Shown here in pieces: positions 1 through 13,694 of a stretch of 64,000 bases of DNA (the first letter of the stretch is position 1; every line of letters begins with the position of its first letter). This DNA is from Gekko japonicus (lineage: Eukaryota), in contig NW_015161961.1 of assembly GCF_001447785.1 (NCBI RefSeq), positions 1,059,833 to 1,123,832 on the forward strand. Direction: 5' to 3'. The position numbers and the translations under genes are program-made. The notes under the pieces were generated by a model that was not told the origin of the DNA, made no database searches, and saw only the letters and a list, made by a program, of their open reading frames with translations.

Positions 1-48
1 AGAGGAGAAAATGTGCTGTTGCAGCCATAGAGGCCAGGATATTAAGGC

Positions 49-361
49 CAGGGCTCTAGTCGGGGGGGAGCTCTCAGGTACGGAGCTCCGGAAGAGAACC
101 TCTAGGGGGCGGGGCGGTCACGTGGTGAAGCCCCGCCCCCTTCTTTACCCCACCCTCTGCTTCGATCCTCATTCCGTTTGGGAATGAGGATGAAGCAGGA
201 GGGTAAGTAGCCGGGCCTTCTGACACACTTCCGGTGATGTCAGGGGGTGTGGCCTTCTGTCACTTCCGGTGATGTCAGGGGGCGTGGCATATGCAAATAA
301 GTTATGCTAATGAGTTATGCTAATGAGCTCCGGCAGCTCTTTTTCTACAACAAGACCCCTG
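49..361. mobile_element. Non-autonomous hAT-type DNA transposon (MITE)
   Basis: Exact 8-bp TSD ATTAAGGC (41-48 and 362-369); imperfect TIRs CAGGGCTCT.../...AGACCCCTG; CpG-rich interior. Confidence 0.85.
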
Positions 362-2054
362 ATTAAGGCAATATTTTGCAAAGAGAAATGAGAACAGACA
401 CTGCCTAGGAAGAGCTGTTTATCTGAGAATTGCAAAGGGGATGGGGAAGAGAAAGAAATTGAATTGCTTTAAGATTGTAGTGCAAAGGTAGAAAACATGG
501 GTGAGAGTTAGGGATGTTGGAAACAAGAAGAACTACAGTTCCCAGCTAAATTTAGAATTTCAAGAATAATTTTAAAAATTGGTCTTGGCATTTTGAGAAT
601 AACTGGATTCCCACAAGAAATGGCATTCAGGAAGTGCTTACAGTGCAGGCTTAAACTGGTTTAATAGTCACTCCCTCTCCCCAGGGAATTCTGGGAACTC
701 TAATGTGGGGTGCTTGGGACCTCTCTGTATTCTGAATACACTGCACTTCCCAGGATCCTTTGGAGGAAGCAATGACTGTTAAACTGATGCCAAATCAATG
801 TCAGTGTGGTGTAGATATGCCCTAAATCTAACCTAAACTGCAGCTGCAGTAAATCACTGCTAGCCCGAGCCTCTGAAATTAACGAGCCCTAAACCATTAT
901 GCAAAGAGGGCTGATACATGTCTACATGTCAGTTAAAAACAACAATAGAACATAATACTGCCTAAAACCATTTCCAAATCCATCATTAGCTTGTACATGG
1001 CTAATGGCTAAACTACATTTGACAGTGGAAGTCGACGTGATTTAGCTGCAAAAAAACAGCCAATGAAGATGATATAGATTGGGGCTGTGGTCCTGAAGAA
1101 GAGGGTTACCCCCCCATGTCATTTCCCTGATAAAAATGTTCCTGCCCTGCAGAGAAAAGCTACTCCCACTTCCCCAGCTTCGTATTTCCAAGCCCTGTTA
1201 TGCTTCTCACCACTGTGTGTGTTTGCAGCTAGATTGTGTCAATTTGTCAAATCCTAACGAATGAGCAGACCAGTTAGTCAGCCAGTGAATTATAACCAAA
1301 CAATGTCTTTTCGAAGGACTTACTTTTTTCCTAAGGGAGGCCCTAGGGAGAGTCAATTTCACTTACTGTGCAGGTGTGAAAGCAGCCACGTGACAGAAGG
1401 GCTGACATTCCAACACAACCACTACAACAGCTGCAAAGCTGTTCAACAGCAGCTCAGTTCAGACAGTGGTGAGGAGTTCTGAGGCCCATCTCAGAAGTGA
1501 TCACAGCTGTTGAAAGTGGTATGTTGTTCAACATGAAGTTCCCAGTACTACTTTACAACCCTAGAGAGGCAAGTGAGCAAGACCAGGGAACTGTGCAGCA
1601 GGGGAAAGTATTCAAGAAAACTCAGTTGCTGATGTCAAGGGAGATGTTCATAAAGTAGGTACAACTGAAGAGTTAGGCTGCTTAGCTATATCAATTGTTT
1701 CCCCAAGATCACCCACTGGTTGTAGAATTTTGTTGTTGTTGTTGTTTCAGTTGCTCAGGTAAGCTTTTGAAGCCTGAGTGATGTCAGGAAAGGACAGCTG
1801 GATTTTTGTAACCCATAGGCATGTGAGTTGTTTTGTTGATATCTTAATGTATTTGGATTCTGGATGGTTGTGCTGTGATTTTAGACAATGATTTTAAAGG
1901 TTTTCAAGCTTGCTGTGTGGGAGTATGTTCACTGATGGATGAAGTTGACCTGGGAACTGAAATGGGATGTATATAATTTACAGACCAATATTCTCCATTC
2001 AAGTATCCTGTTTGGCAATTTCCATGTTACAAAATATCCCAAGGGTACGTACAT

Positions 2055-2225
2055 AAGTGCTGTCAAGTCACAACCAACCAAGAGGCTTTCAAGACAAGTG
2101 AGAATCAGAGGTGGTTTGCCGTTGCCTTCCTCTGCAGCTTTCCTTGGTGGCCTCCCATTCAAGTACCAACCCTGCTTATCTTCTGAGATCTGATAAGATG
2201 AGGGTATACCATGCTGCCTTCCCTT
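2055..2225 (-). mobile_element. 5S rRNA-derived SINE (degenerate)
   Basis: Reverse complement ATCTTATCAGATCTCAGAAGATAAGCAGGG..GTACTTGAATGGGAGGCCACC resembles 5S rRNA, followed by non-5S body GGCAACGGCAAACCACCTCT. Confidence 0.75.
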
Positions 2226-2286
2226 CCCTGTCTCAAGGGCAGGCAGGTTATACAAATGTGTCCCACAATGCAAAATACAAGTTTGT

Positions 2287-2332
2287 GGATGGATGGATGG
2301 AGGGAGGGAGGGAGGGAGGGAGGGAGGGAGGG
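2287..2332. repeat. (GGAT)n(GGAG)n microsatellite
   Basis: Direct inspection. Confidence 0.9.
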
Positions 2333-3525
2333 AATCTAGAAAGGAACTCTTCCTCATGAGCAGTAAATTCATCAAGAATTTCTCCAGGCAAACCAATTGA
2401 TTTCATGCATGCTAACCAGGCCACAACAAATCATGCATGAAGAATTGCACAAAATTTAATGTAACCCCTGTTGTTCAGTGATAAATTGTTTGGGAGGAAT
2501 TCTACAATTCCCAAACAGCAATGAGAGTATGTGTACGTGTCCTTCCTGGAAAAGAGGCACACATGCACACACAAATAAAAAACAACCAGTCTAGAATTCT
2601 TAAGGAAATCCGTTTTTCCTCTAAGCATTCTCCATTGATATTGTAATTGATGACTCTGTTAGAGAATGAACTTAATATCTTGCTTTATGGACTATATTTA
2701 TTGCTACACACAATGGACTGTGCACACACACACATAGGCTCAAAGAACTGTACACTTTAAGTCACCTGTTGTGATGTAACACATAGAAGGTGCCTGCACA
2801 AGCCTTACACATGAATAAGGTTTCAGCTACACAGTTGCCAGCCTGGTGAAGAAGCACACACCTCCATTATTGTGAGCAGTAAGAAACAACAACTTGAGCA
2901 GAGACAGCCCCCATTGCTGAACCATTTGTGTTCACTTACGACACATCACTGCTTTGTTCCTGCATTGGTATTTCCTGCCAAATGGACATTTGGTTCACAA
3001 TGAGAATGGCCAGCTTCATCAACACTACAATGGAGCATCCTGACGCCAAGGTTTTCACACCTGCCCAGATGCCCTCCTTTGAGTAAGGTTTTAGATTACA
3101 ATATTGGCCACTCCTTATAGGTAACCTCCCACTCCTATAGGCAACCAACAGGATTGTTTTTGGGACGGACTAATAGGAAGGTGGGCCAGGAGGTTGGCAC
3201 AGCCACCACCCACCTCCTGGATCCCCTGATAAAATGAGACAACCAGTCACATGGTCTCTCTCTCTCTCTACTTGATCAACTAACATCTCCCCTGCAACAA
3301 CCCCTGTCTGCTTTAACCCCTCTTAAGACCCACTTGCTATCCACAACCCTTGCCTCTACTGCCCACACGTTCTGGCTGGTTCTGGTCGTGTGTGAATTTC
3401 CTTAGTTTTCTATTTCTTCCCATCCATTCTTCATTGGAACAACCAACCTGCAAGACAGATAAATATTGCCCATCATCACCCCCACCTGCTAATGCAAACG
3501 TGTTTATTTTAATACTGTATTTCTA

Positions 3526-3855
3526 NNNNNNNNNNNNNNNNNNNNNNNNNNNNNNNNNNNNNNNNNNNNNNNNNNNNNNNNNNNNNNNNNNNNNNNNNNN
3601 NNNNNNNNNNNNNNNNNNNNNNNNNNNNNNNNNNNNNNNNNNNNNNNNNNNNNNNNNNNNNNNNNNNNNNNNNNNNNNNNNNNNNNNNNNNNNNNNNNNN
3701 NNNNNNNNNNNNNNNNNNNNNNNNNNNNNNNNNNNNNNNNNNNNNNNNNNNNNNNNNNNNNNNNNNNNNNNNNNNNNNNNNNNNNNNNNNNNNNNNNNNN
3801 NNNNNNNNNNNNNNNNNNNNNNNNNNNNNNNNNNNNNNNNNNNNNNNNNNNNNNN
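3526..3855. other. Assembly gap
   Basis: Run of N. Confidence 1.
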
Positions 3856-4362
3856 TCACCCGGCAGGTTATTCCATTTAATATATTTTGAGTATGATCAA
3901 TAGACCACCTCAATCTCTGCTTCCGCTTCTGCCGTTGAGCAACCTATCGCCGGTGCGATGAGCTCTGCCATCATCTTTTTCAAGTTTTCTCCTTGCGATT
4001 CACCTATCCCCTGAAACCTGAGTATCTTGTTTGCTTTTTCCATTTGAAGATTCAGCAATCTGCATTCCTGTAAGTCCTGTCTCTGTTCTAGCAGACCAAC
4101 TTTCTTTTTAACTTTCTTGGTATTGTGCACTGTCTCTTTAAGTTTTTTGTCTGTTTGAATCGACTTTTTAACCAGCTCGGCAATCTGCTGCTGTTGCTTT
4201 GCTAGGCTCTGGTTGGATGTGGTCATCCGTTGGTTAATACCATCGAGTTATTGGCTTGAGCAGCTCTGATAGCATAGAGAACAGATCTCCTGTCTCCTCA
4301 ATCCTCGGACTTTGACCGCCCCGCCCAACTTGTCTGCCTAGTTTTCCCCGCGCGCCGGCCAT
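3856..4362 (-). pseudogene. Disrupted L1 ORF1p (coiled coil plus start of RRM-like region)
   Basis: ATG at 4362 (MAGARGKLGRQ..), frameshift near 4245, ORF 3897-4226 (..LQMEKANKILRFQGIGE..), in-frame stop, then SYSKYIKWNNLPG. Confidence 0.65.
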
Positions 4363-4939
4363 TTTCCACTTTGTTTACCCTAGAAGACCTCTTTCACTCT
4401 TCTCCGAAAAAGCGCTCAACTTTTTCTGCAAACGCAGCTAAGTCTCTTGCACACTATAACGATCTTCTTCTCTCCTCCCCCCCTCTGTTTTTTTAACACA
4501 GTTCAGTTTGTTTACGCCTGGGGATCTTCCCCGGCGCCGCTTTCAGGAGGGTGTGGGGGGGGAGACTCACTTTAAACTCACTTTTTGAACTTTTTCGCTT
4601 GACTCTTTCTTCGGTTCATTGACGGTCTACATCCAGACTCCTTGTAGCTTCGAAAGATCGCTGACCCTCACTGCTTGTCCCGGCCGGCATCAGCTGAGCT
4701 TGGTAAAAACTGAGCCTCTCAGGGGGCGGACCGATTGGGGCAAAGGAGCGCCTCAATTCTTCGGCATTACGCCGTCGAAGACGTCGCCCCTTCCAGTGCC
4801 CCCGGCTTGGAGCCTTTCACTAAGGCTCACCTGGGGGTGTCACTTGAGGTGGCACCCCTCCAGCCCCACTGGAGCGCGGAATGCCTCCCCAGCAGTAGGG
4901 GAGAGCGTCCGCCATCGCTGAGCCACAGACCGGAAGTCC
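3856..4939 (-). mobile_element. L1-clade LINE 5' end (5'UTR plus ORF1), rest hidden by the gap
   Basis: Minus strand starts GGACTTCCGG..GCGATGGCGG (L1-type 5' end, YY1-like), CpG-rich UTR, coiled-coil ORF1. Confidence 0.75.
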
Positions 4940-6034
4940 GTCTCTACTTTGATCTCTTGATCTGCAGTCAAAAGACCCACACGTTCTGGCTGGTTCTGGT
5001 CATGTGTGAACTCCCTTTAGTTTACATTTCTCCCCATCCATTCTTCATTGGAACAACCAAGCTGCAAGACAGATAAGTATTGCCCATCCTCACCCCCACC
5101 TGCCAATGCAACTGTGTTTATTTTAATACTGTAATTCTAAGGAACTTGTTTGAATGTGTGAGTGCACCAGTATTGTTTGTATGAGAGATATTTTCAAGTA
5201 AAAGACATTTATTTTAACAACAACAGCCTCGTTATCCTTCTCTGGTAACCCTTGGTGGGAACAGGACCTTGGAATAGTTGGCAAGGACCAATTTATAAAT
5301 TGCCAATTGCTGTAAATAAAGCAATTCGGCTAACAACTCCTTTCTAAATCAGTATGAAAAGCGTTTGCCCATCACAAGGACTAAGACAAGGATATAGAAT
5401 GCAAACTGTTATTGTGACAGAAATAATTTATCGTTGTGAATACTGAAGTGCAATGAATCTTTCATATTTCATGTTAAGGTTTTGCTAAAAAAAGTGTATA
5501 ATCCTGTTTGGGTTTGAGAGAATTAAAACTGTGTACTTCCCCCCCCCAATGACTCTCCACTGTGTCTTTTTTATCAGACTGAGAAGTCTCTTTAGACCTA
5601 TCATAGCCATCTCTTTTTTAAAAAACATTGAAAGCACTGAAGCACAGAGAAGAAGCATCTTGCCTCAGTTTATGTAAGGAATCTGTGAGAAATCTAAGAA
5701 TATAAAACAGATATTTTTATAGCCAGTTCCTAAATTTACCTCTGAATATAACATGCTGTTAGGCATCATTTTTACTTTGTTTAACCATGGGGCAGATCTC
5801 CCGCATAGATATCTGGGGAAATTTCACAAGCATTGAGTTGTTGCTTCTCTTTCAGAATTCATATCAGGATAAAAAAACTAAGCTTGTCTCAAGTGAGTCT
5901 GTTCCTGAAACACGGAAGGGGGGGGAACCCTAAAAGCAAACAAACAGGCCTTGCAGTGGAAGGACAAATCATTCAATGCTTCCACCAAGAAAGCAGCATC
6001 CCCAAGCCCATTCATATAAAAATGCCATGCATCA

Positions 6035-6211
6035 AGTCAACTCAGTGGTCCAGCTTGTTCAGTCTGGACTAATCTGATTGGCAGCAGCTCTCCAGGGTCT
6101 TTCTCTCAGTATCTACAACCTGAGTTCCCCTAACTGGAGATGCCAGGAACCAAACCTGAGACTTTCTACATGCAAAGCATGGGCTTTACCACTGATCCAC
6201 GGTCCCTCCCC
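6035..6211 (-). mobile_element. tRNA-derived SINE (Squam2-like, degenerate)
   Basis: Minus-strand A/B-box-like head (GTGGATCAGTGG / GGTTTGGTTCC); similar to 15136-15761 and ~19060-19203. Confidence 0.55.
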
Positions 6212-7340
6212 CGGTGTTATGGAGCACCACACCCTGTCTTCTTAATCTGCTCAAAGAAGGCGGATAGTATTCATCCTTTCTTTCAGCCACAGGCTTAGTG
6301 GTGGTATTTGAATGAATGCATACTAATGATGTCATTTCAAAACAAAACATTGTAAATAATGACCAGAAGGCCCAGAAGTAAATGAAGTTGTTCAAGAAAA
6401 TAAAGTCGTCACAGAGAAAGAAGATGTGAGGTCTTGCCAAACTGTAGAAATCTACTTGTGCAACTTTTCAAATGATGCAAGAGCAGAGAATACCATTCTT
6501 TGGCCATCACTTCTGGTATTCATCCATAAAAATAGCCAGTCATATCTATATTCTTTTTATACTAATGAAATCGGGCCTGGTTCACACAAGCATGCCACTA
6601 TGAACTTCCTTTGCATTTAGTAACTAGGGATGTGCGCATCAAAATATTTTGGATTAATTTCAGATCTGTGTTTGGGGGGGGGCATGCTTTTCATTATCCT
6701 GAGGCAGTGGGGCTCGCCTTACCATTTGCGGACTTTTTCCCTCAGGGGTTTTGTTTAGAAGGGCGTCCAGAAAATTCAGGACCATTTTAGCACCATTTAT
6801 GAGGGGTTATTTTTTTGGGGGTAGGTCATGTTGGATATCCCCAAGCTGTCCCAGAACAACTAATTTCCGGTTAACTTTGGGCTCAGGTATATCAGAGTGT
6901 ATATCCCTATTGATTATTGTACCCTTGGATGGCAGGTAAATATGGAAAGCATAGAAAAGCATTGTGAAGTGATGTGGGGCGAAGTGGAAATCCAGTCAAT
7001 GGCCTGTTGTCAGCTCGGCCGCTGCCATAGCTGCTGGAGGAGGGGGGGGATGTATGGGTCTATTGCTGTACTGGAATCTTAACTTTCATTTTCCAGGCTC
7101 ATATCATCTGCTCGCCTAAGCTGGTGACCTTGGTACCTTGTTACTGCTTTCTCTGAGAATGTAGACCTGTTAGGTTAGGCAGGCTTTTGCTAGTACCCTG
7201 ATTGGCCCAGATCCATCAGGGGGACCCCCTTGAATTATGTAGAACTCCCCATTTAATGTACTTGCTATCAGTTCTAACACAGAATGTATGCACAGATGAC
7301 CTGCCTTTACTGTATTCAATAAACTTCACTCTTATGCCTG

Positions 7341-8385
7341 TGTTAGCCAAATTGACATGAATTATGGGGAATTATTATTTTACACAAGGCAATAGGCGAA
7401 TAAGGGAGCAAGCACCTATGTATACAGGGGTCCCGCGTCTTCCGGACACACCAAAAATAGATGCTGAGGCTGACACCAGTATAAAATGGTTTTGTTTACT
7501 AAAGGTATTTCAAACATACTACAACACAAGCACACAGACAGTTATACAGCGTCTAGGAAATATAGATAGAGGAGAATAGCACATTCGTATTAGCAGGATG
7601 TTCCATTGCGAGGCAATACTTTACCTCTCCTGGGCAAGATGGAATGAGCCTTAGGAAAAATGAGGGGACTATAGGGGGTTGGGGGTCATGTCCTGAATGG
7701 GCAGAGGCATGAGGAGACTCTGGCTGCGCAACCAAGTCAGAGGTTTCGGGTGAGGGTAGGAGGGGGTCAAGAGAGGGGAAGAAAATAGCGAGATGGTGCT
7801 GGGTTCCCTCTTTTGTAAGGGGGCTTGAGGAGTGGGCTAGGCTTAGCCACCTCTCTTGGCACACCTCCTGCTGGTCCATCCCCGAAACCATGCTGACTGG
7901 CACTGGGGTTGAAGGTCTAAGGGGGTGGACAATGTTGTGACCTAATGAAAAACTAGCTTGGACAGTGGCACCTGATCGGATTATGACTCATGCGACCAGA
8001 GCCATTGTTCCCTGGTTGTCTTATGGCTGTAGTTTCAACTAGGTGATATATTAGGTGGGGGAAGAGAATGTTGCCTACATGCAAGGAAGAGGATTCTTCA
8101 TGGAATTTGAGTCCCCTGTCTTCTGCCCTGGCATGGCAACTGCCTGGTTTTTCAGTGCTATACATGGCTAGGGAACTGGTCCATCTTACTGCAGGTAAGA
8201 GGGTTGGTAACATACAGGAACCATAGGCACATCATCTCACAGGAAGGCTTCCTTCTTCTGGGCATGTGTCTATAACTGGCATCACTTGGAGTACAGTTCA
8301 GCCCCTTTTGCACATAACTAGCAAAGTTCAGGTTTTTATCACTTATGAGTTCATAAGAGCACAATAGGCGCCTTGTAGGGCAACA
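7341..8385. mobile_element. Solo LTR (~1.05 kb)
   Basis: TGTTAGCC...GGGCAACA termini, 4-bp TSD CCTG (7337-7340, 8386-8389). Confidence 0.6.
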
Positions 8386-8511
8386 CCTGCAAGCCATGAC
8401 TTGATGATGGAGCCCTCAAGTGAATATGAGCCAGTCACTTCTGTGAACGTGGTATCTGTTGGGATCACTTGGAAATTTAAGTGTTTGCAGAACTAGTTCT
8501 GTAGCTGCAGG

Positions 8512-8777
8512 GGGAGGAGGAGGAGGAAGGAGAAGGAGAAGAAGAATTGGTTTTATACCCCACACTTTACTACCTGAAGAAGTCTTGGAGCAGCTTACAA
8601 TCACCTTCCCTTCCGCTCCCCACAACAGTCACCTTGTGAGGTAGGTGGGGTTGAGAGAGTTCCGAGAGAACTGCGACTGATCCAATGTTACCCAGCTGCC
8701 TTCATGTGGAGGAGTGGAGTATCAAACCAGATTCTCCAGATTTGAGTCCACCACTCTTAACAACTACACCAAACTGG
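8512..8777 (-). mobile_element. Squam3-like tRNA SINE
   Basis: Homologous to 11423-11697 in reverse orientation, with (AGG/AGA)n tail. Confidence 0.8.
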
Positions 8778-11271
8778 GAGATTCAGGTACAAGTCATAGA
8801 AGCCTGCTGGGTGACCTTGGGCCAGTCATACAAATGCATCCTAACCTATTTCACAGGGTTATTGAGAAGAGAAAGGGGAGAGATATTGTGAGGATAAAAT
8901 GGAAGAAAAAAGAAGAATGTAAGCTGCTTTGGGTCCCCATGAGGAGAAAGGTGGGGTATAAATGAAGGAAAAATAAAATCTAATAAAAATACAACCAAAC
9001 AACTGTTAAATCATGTGTATAATGGTTATCAATACACAAAATCAAGATGCCCTAGGAATACGATTGTGTATTTAGCTACTCTTTTGATGGGGATATAAGC
9101 AGTAGTTGTATCCACTAATTACTAGGCTGCCCTGCGATTTGCTGTGAAAACTAGAAAGAGCTGAATACAAAACAGCAATAGAATTGGGCTGTACTATCAA
9201 CCTCTTACACAAAACATAATTCATAAGGCCTAATACGGAACATGAAAGGGATTTCTGCTGGAATGTTGAACTAAAAAAAACCATTAGTTTGTTGATTGCT
9301 AACATCACATTTCCCGGTGTCCAAACCATCTGTCAGGTAGTGTTGCACTTAATCAGCACCAGCACCAAGATCACCTCTTTAAATGCTGCTAGCACATCTT
9401 CAAGGGAATGGCTGCTGGAGGTAATTGCATCTTGTAACAATGACCATGAATTTCATAGGAAGCTTCTGCCAATCTGTTGTGGGGGAAAGACATTGAGTAT
9501 TGTAATTTGCACTAAACTTGTAGAAAACTGGAAAACAAAGGCAAAGCACACTAACATACAGAAGGTTTTAAAAATGTTCTGTGACCTCATCATTAAAAGA
9601 CACACTCTGTATGGAAATTGCATGTACGCTCATCTGTTACATAAGGGGGGGAAATGAACTCAGATGGTTCACTGCTTCTGGCTCTGTAAACGTCATGCTT
9701 AAATGAAAGCTAATGTTCACAACCACCCCCCTCAAAACAGAAAACTTGAGTAATCATGCAGTAAGCTTGATTGTATACTCTAAAGGCAATTAGAACGCAA
9801 ACAAAGCAATCCTATGCAGAATCACTACTAGCAGCAACAGATTTCAGCGAGCTTCGGGCCAAACGACATGCTACATTTTGCAACAAGTTGGTTCTGAGTT
9901 TTCTGTCTCCACAGGCACAACGCTCCTGCCAAGAATGGCATTTTAAACATTGGAGCCTCACTCAGCTTGGTACCTTGGCATAAGAGAAGGAGGGGCTCCT
10001 ACCTTCCCTTCAGTGCCATTTTCCTGGGCCAAAATGGCTCAGTTTTAGAGCTCCATGCACACTATTCCAACATAAAACTTAATGGGTATAAAAATCAATA
10101 AATTATGTCCTTCAGTGTTCCCTCTACACTGTGTGTGTGTGAGCGACTGCTCACTAACACTGGAAGGCCTGATCAGCAGCAGTCTGGAGCCGCACAGGGT
10201 TTTGCACTCCCCATTGCCCATTTTAAGATTACAGCAGTTCTATTCTGTTCAAGATGTGAACATCTCCACTCAGGGGTGGGGGGGATAGAGGGACCATTGG
10301 ACCTAATCCAACCAAGTATGGTTTGTGCTTTCACTGGATTACAAACCATTATTAAACTACCCCTTGGAGTTCAAGTTTGCAGGAAAAGTTTAAACCATAG
10401 TCTGCCAGTTAAAACAAAGGAAAACCATGGTTTACCAAGAAACCAGGGAACTCTCTGTGGTCTGGTCCTCCTCAAACTGGGAGGCAGACCACAAAACAGC
10501 TAAAAATGTGGAAACCCTTATTTAAAACATTGATGACCCCCAGGTTCATCCAAGCATGGCAAAGCATTATTTGCTATCATGTCTGAACCTGTATCCTAGC
10601 AACAGCTGCCATTTTTTTGCATGTGTATATTTCCAGGTCAAGGTTCCACCAATGTGGCTGAACCAGCTCAGAATCAAAAGAGAGCACTTGCCTTGTAACA
10701 TAGCTAGAGAATGTCCCTTCACTACAAGCTTTGCTGAATCTCCAGGTTCCTATGAAAAGAATCTCCTGCTGATTTATCTCTAAACTTGCCCACAGAAACT
10801 ACGATTGCCACTTTTCTGGGAGGCAATACCTTTAATAGTTATGGATCAGGACAAAAATGGAACAGGTCCACTCTAAAAAATAGCATGGAGATACAATGAT
10901 GGATGCTATTTACCTGTTGAATTTCTGCCTGCTCCAAGCTCCTTAAAGAGCCATGAACCCTGACAGGCGTAAGGTGGCAAACAAGACTTAACCTATTTGT
11001 CTGGATGAGGTCTCTAATGCCTTTTTTTGGGAGGGGGGGTGTTGGCAGAGGCCACCAGAACCGAGCAGCTGTTTCTAATAGAATTCATTTAATTTAATGT
11101 ATTGACCAATTAGCATGCTTAAAACTAATGTAGAAAATGCTAAATTTAAACCAAGGTAAGGAAAATGTAGGAGAATAAATATTTCACCAGGAAGCATTTA
11201 ATGAGGACATCAGGTGTGTTCCTGTAGTTCCCATTTCCAAGAGTGAGGGCCTTGATTAAAAGTGAAAATTG

Positions 11272-11798
11272 TGTTTTAAGATACTATGATGTACCCAATA
11301 AGGCTAAATGGGCTTGACTTAGTTCTAGTGATATAAGATACTCAGTATTATTCTATTATATGCTTTATTCTAACAATAGTAGGAAGGACTAATAGGTAAC
11401 TTACATGTAACATGATCCAGAGACAGTTTGGTGTAGTGGTTAAGTGTGCGGACTCTAATCTGGGAGAACCGGGTTTGATTCCCCTCTCCTCCACTTGCAC
11501 CTGCTGATGTGACCTTGGGTCAGTCACAAGCTCTGGCACAGCTGTTCCTGAAAGAGCAGTTTGTGTCAGAGTTCTCTCAGCCCCACCCACCTCACAGGGT
11601 GTCTGTTGTGGGGAGGGGAAGGGAAAGGAGTTTGTAAGCCTCTGAGACTCCAAGTGAAGGGCGGGGTATAAATCCAATCTCTTCTTCTTCTTCTTCATCC
11701 TTGCTATATCTCTTGTTTTATTAGTATTAGTATCCCTTATGTCCATTCCCTATGTAGTTTGTAGTAAAAAAGCAATTAAAAATTTACAAAAAAAGAAG
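11272..11798 (+). mobile_element. Short L1-type retroposed 3' fragment, interrupted by a SINE
   Basis: 12-bp TSD AAGTGAAAATTG (11260-11271, 11799-11810) at a TT/AAAA site, A-rich tail. Confidence 0.6.
11423..11697 (+). mobile_element. Squam3-like tRNA-derived SINE
   Basis: A box TGGTGTAGTGG, B box GGTTTGATTCC, L2-like tail GGGCGGGGTATAAAT, (TTC)n end; other copies at 8512, 16937 and 43152. Confidence 0.85.
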
Positions 11799-12583
11799 AA
11801 GTGAAAATTGCTAGTTGAGAAGTGGAAGTTTCTGTGAAAGGTGGCCTGTTTTTGAAGGTCCTGGAATTTAGTGAGGAAATTATTTTAAGTTATTGGATAC
11901 AACTTGCAGGTTGGTTTAGCTGGGATGCATTGTGGCAGCCTTCCCAGAATGAAGATGCCATTCTCTCAGAATATGGGTTTATTTGAAAGATGATCCACAC
12001 CAAGTCAGTATGTCTACCCTTCTCCTTTATTGTGGCTTATCCTGCCTAAGGGCATGTCTAGGACACAGGTGTTTCCCTGGTCACACACAGTATCGTAGAA
12101 TGGTAGGAAATCCAGGAATGGCAGGAAATCCCCCTGGTAAAGTATAATTGAAGTTCTCCAAAATCAAAATAAATTCTGAACTAACTACAGCATTAAAGGG
12201 AAGCGAGGTTGCCAATTTATGAACCAGAATCTGTAGTTGTGCTTTTAACGAGGGATGCCGAGAACTCTGAAATGAATGTGACCTCAGCTGAACACAGTGA
12301 GGTCAGCACACCTCATTTTATTGAGAGATGAGCCCCCTTGCCAAAGTTCAGCTCAAAAGCTGGGTTAAACAGCTTTGTAACGGTGTGGTAGCCACTTGCA
12401 TTAAGTTGTCATGGCCAGGCTGTGTCTTGTACCCTGCTTTTGCACCTGTGCAGCTGGAGAACTGGATCTTCTCTATTAATGGAGAGGGAAGCGCATAACC
12501 CCAGGGTTGGGGTTAGATCATTAAAGCGACCTGCTTATCAAAGACAGATTCACTTGCAGTTCCTTCTTTGCACCTGCACAGAT

Positions 12584-12795
12584 TAGGGTTGCCAACTCTG
12601 GTTTAGAGCATTTGTGGAGGTCTGGGGTCACGGACGGAGGGGTTTGGGGAGGGGAGGAAGCTCAGTGGGGATCTGAGGCCACATAGTCCATCTTCTAAAG
12701 ATGCCATTTCCTCTAGCAGAACTGAACTTCATAGTCTCGGGATCAGTTATAATCCCAGAAGAACTCCAGGCCTCACCTGGAGGCTGGCAACCCTA
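12584..12795. mobile_element. MITE with TAGGGTTGCCA TIRs (hAT-type)
   Basis: TAGGGTTGCCA...TGGCAACCCTA; relatives at 53195 and 55284 have 8-bp TSDs. Confidence 0.7.
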
Positions 12796-13694
12796 ACATG
12801 GCTGGATATGTAATATTTTAAAAAAGAAAGAAAAATGAATTGTACAGTCATGGGGAGGGGGGAGGAAACAATAACCCCCCAAGAGGCAGTGTGAGAATGC
12901 AGAAGTGTGAATGTCTAGCTAGTTGACTTGAACATGGGAGTTTGTTTTGTTTCTTTCATTTTCGTCATTAATTACAAAAGAGACTGTTTTGTTATTGAGT
13001 TGTTTCATATGGTTTTGTTTCATGATTGCTTCTTTTGCTACTGTTTCGTATTCCTAATTCTATTTAGTTATAATTTCCCATTGGTTTCAATGGAAGACCT
13101 TCCCCATTTCTTGTGTTTATATCTTCAGGGCTTCCCCACCAAATTGGACAATGCTATGGGAGATTGTAGTACTCCCCTAGGACACCCACATTGTCTAATT
13201 TCATACACAAAGAATAAAGGGTGAAGCAATGAAAGTCTCTCATTTTAACATTAACATCTATGGGACAACTGGGAGGAAAGATTCCAAAGAGTAACTTAGA
13301 GTGATTCCGCACTAGACCTTGAATCCTGGTTCAGCCCTGTCCCTGAACTTACATTCTATGCTACACCTGAGTTGACCCCTGTAATTATCTCGGGGTATTT
13401 TTTGTTTCCACATTACATTGAGGTCACCCCGGTTTTTCCCCACACTTGTCCTGGGATAAACAGATGCTGTTATAACCAGGGATGAATGCAAGGTATTATG
13501 TTGCGAGTTGAACTCTGATAAAACCAGGGATGAGATCCAAGTGTGGAAAGGACCATAGACAGCACTGCAGCCACTAAGGAGACAAACAACAGCAGGAGGA
13601 CCTTGAGGTAGATTTGCTTGGATAAGGGCTGGACAAGGGCTGGAGAGCAGCAGGCAAGTTGGGGAGTGCAGACTGCAAGGGAAAGAAAAATAGC

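Larger units (their letters stand above)
2657..5335 (+). mobile_element. ERV-like solo LTR, copy A, interrupted by an N-gap and an L1 5' end
   Basis: TGTTAG...CTAACA termini, 4-bp TSD ACTC (2653-2656, 5336-5339), collinear with copy B at 16742-18536. Confidence 0.8.

Noticed and set aside
3350-3913. ORFs spanning X residues
   Set aside because: Artefacts of the N-gap
11423-11495. tRNA gene
   Set aside because: A/B boxes belong to a SINE head that continues into the SINE body; many copies
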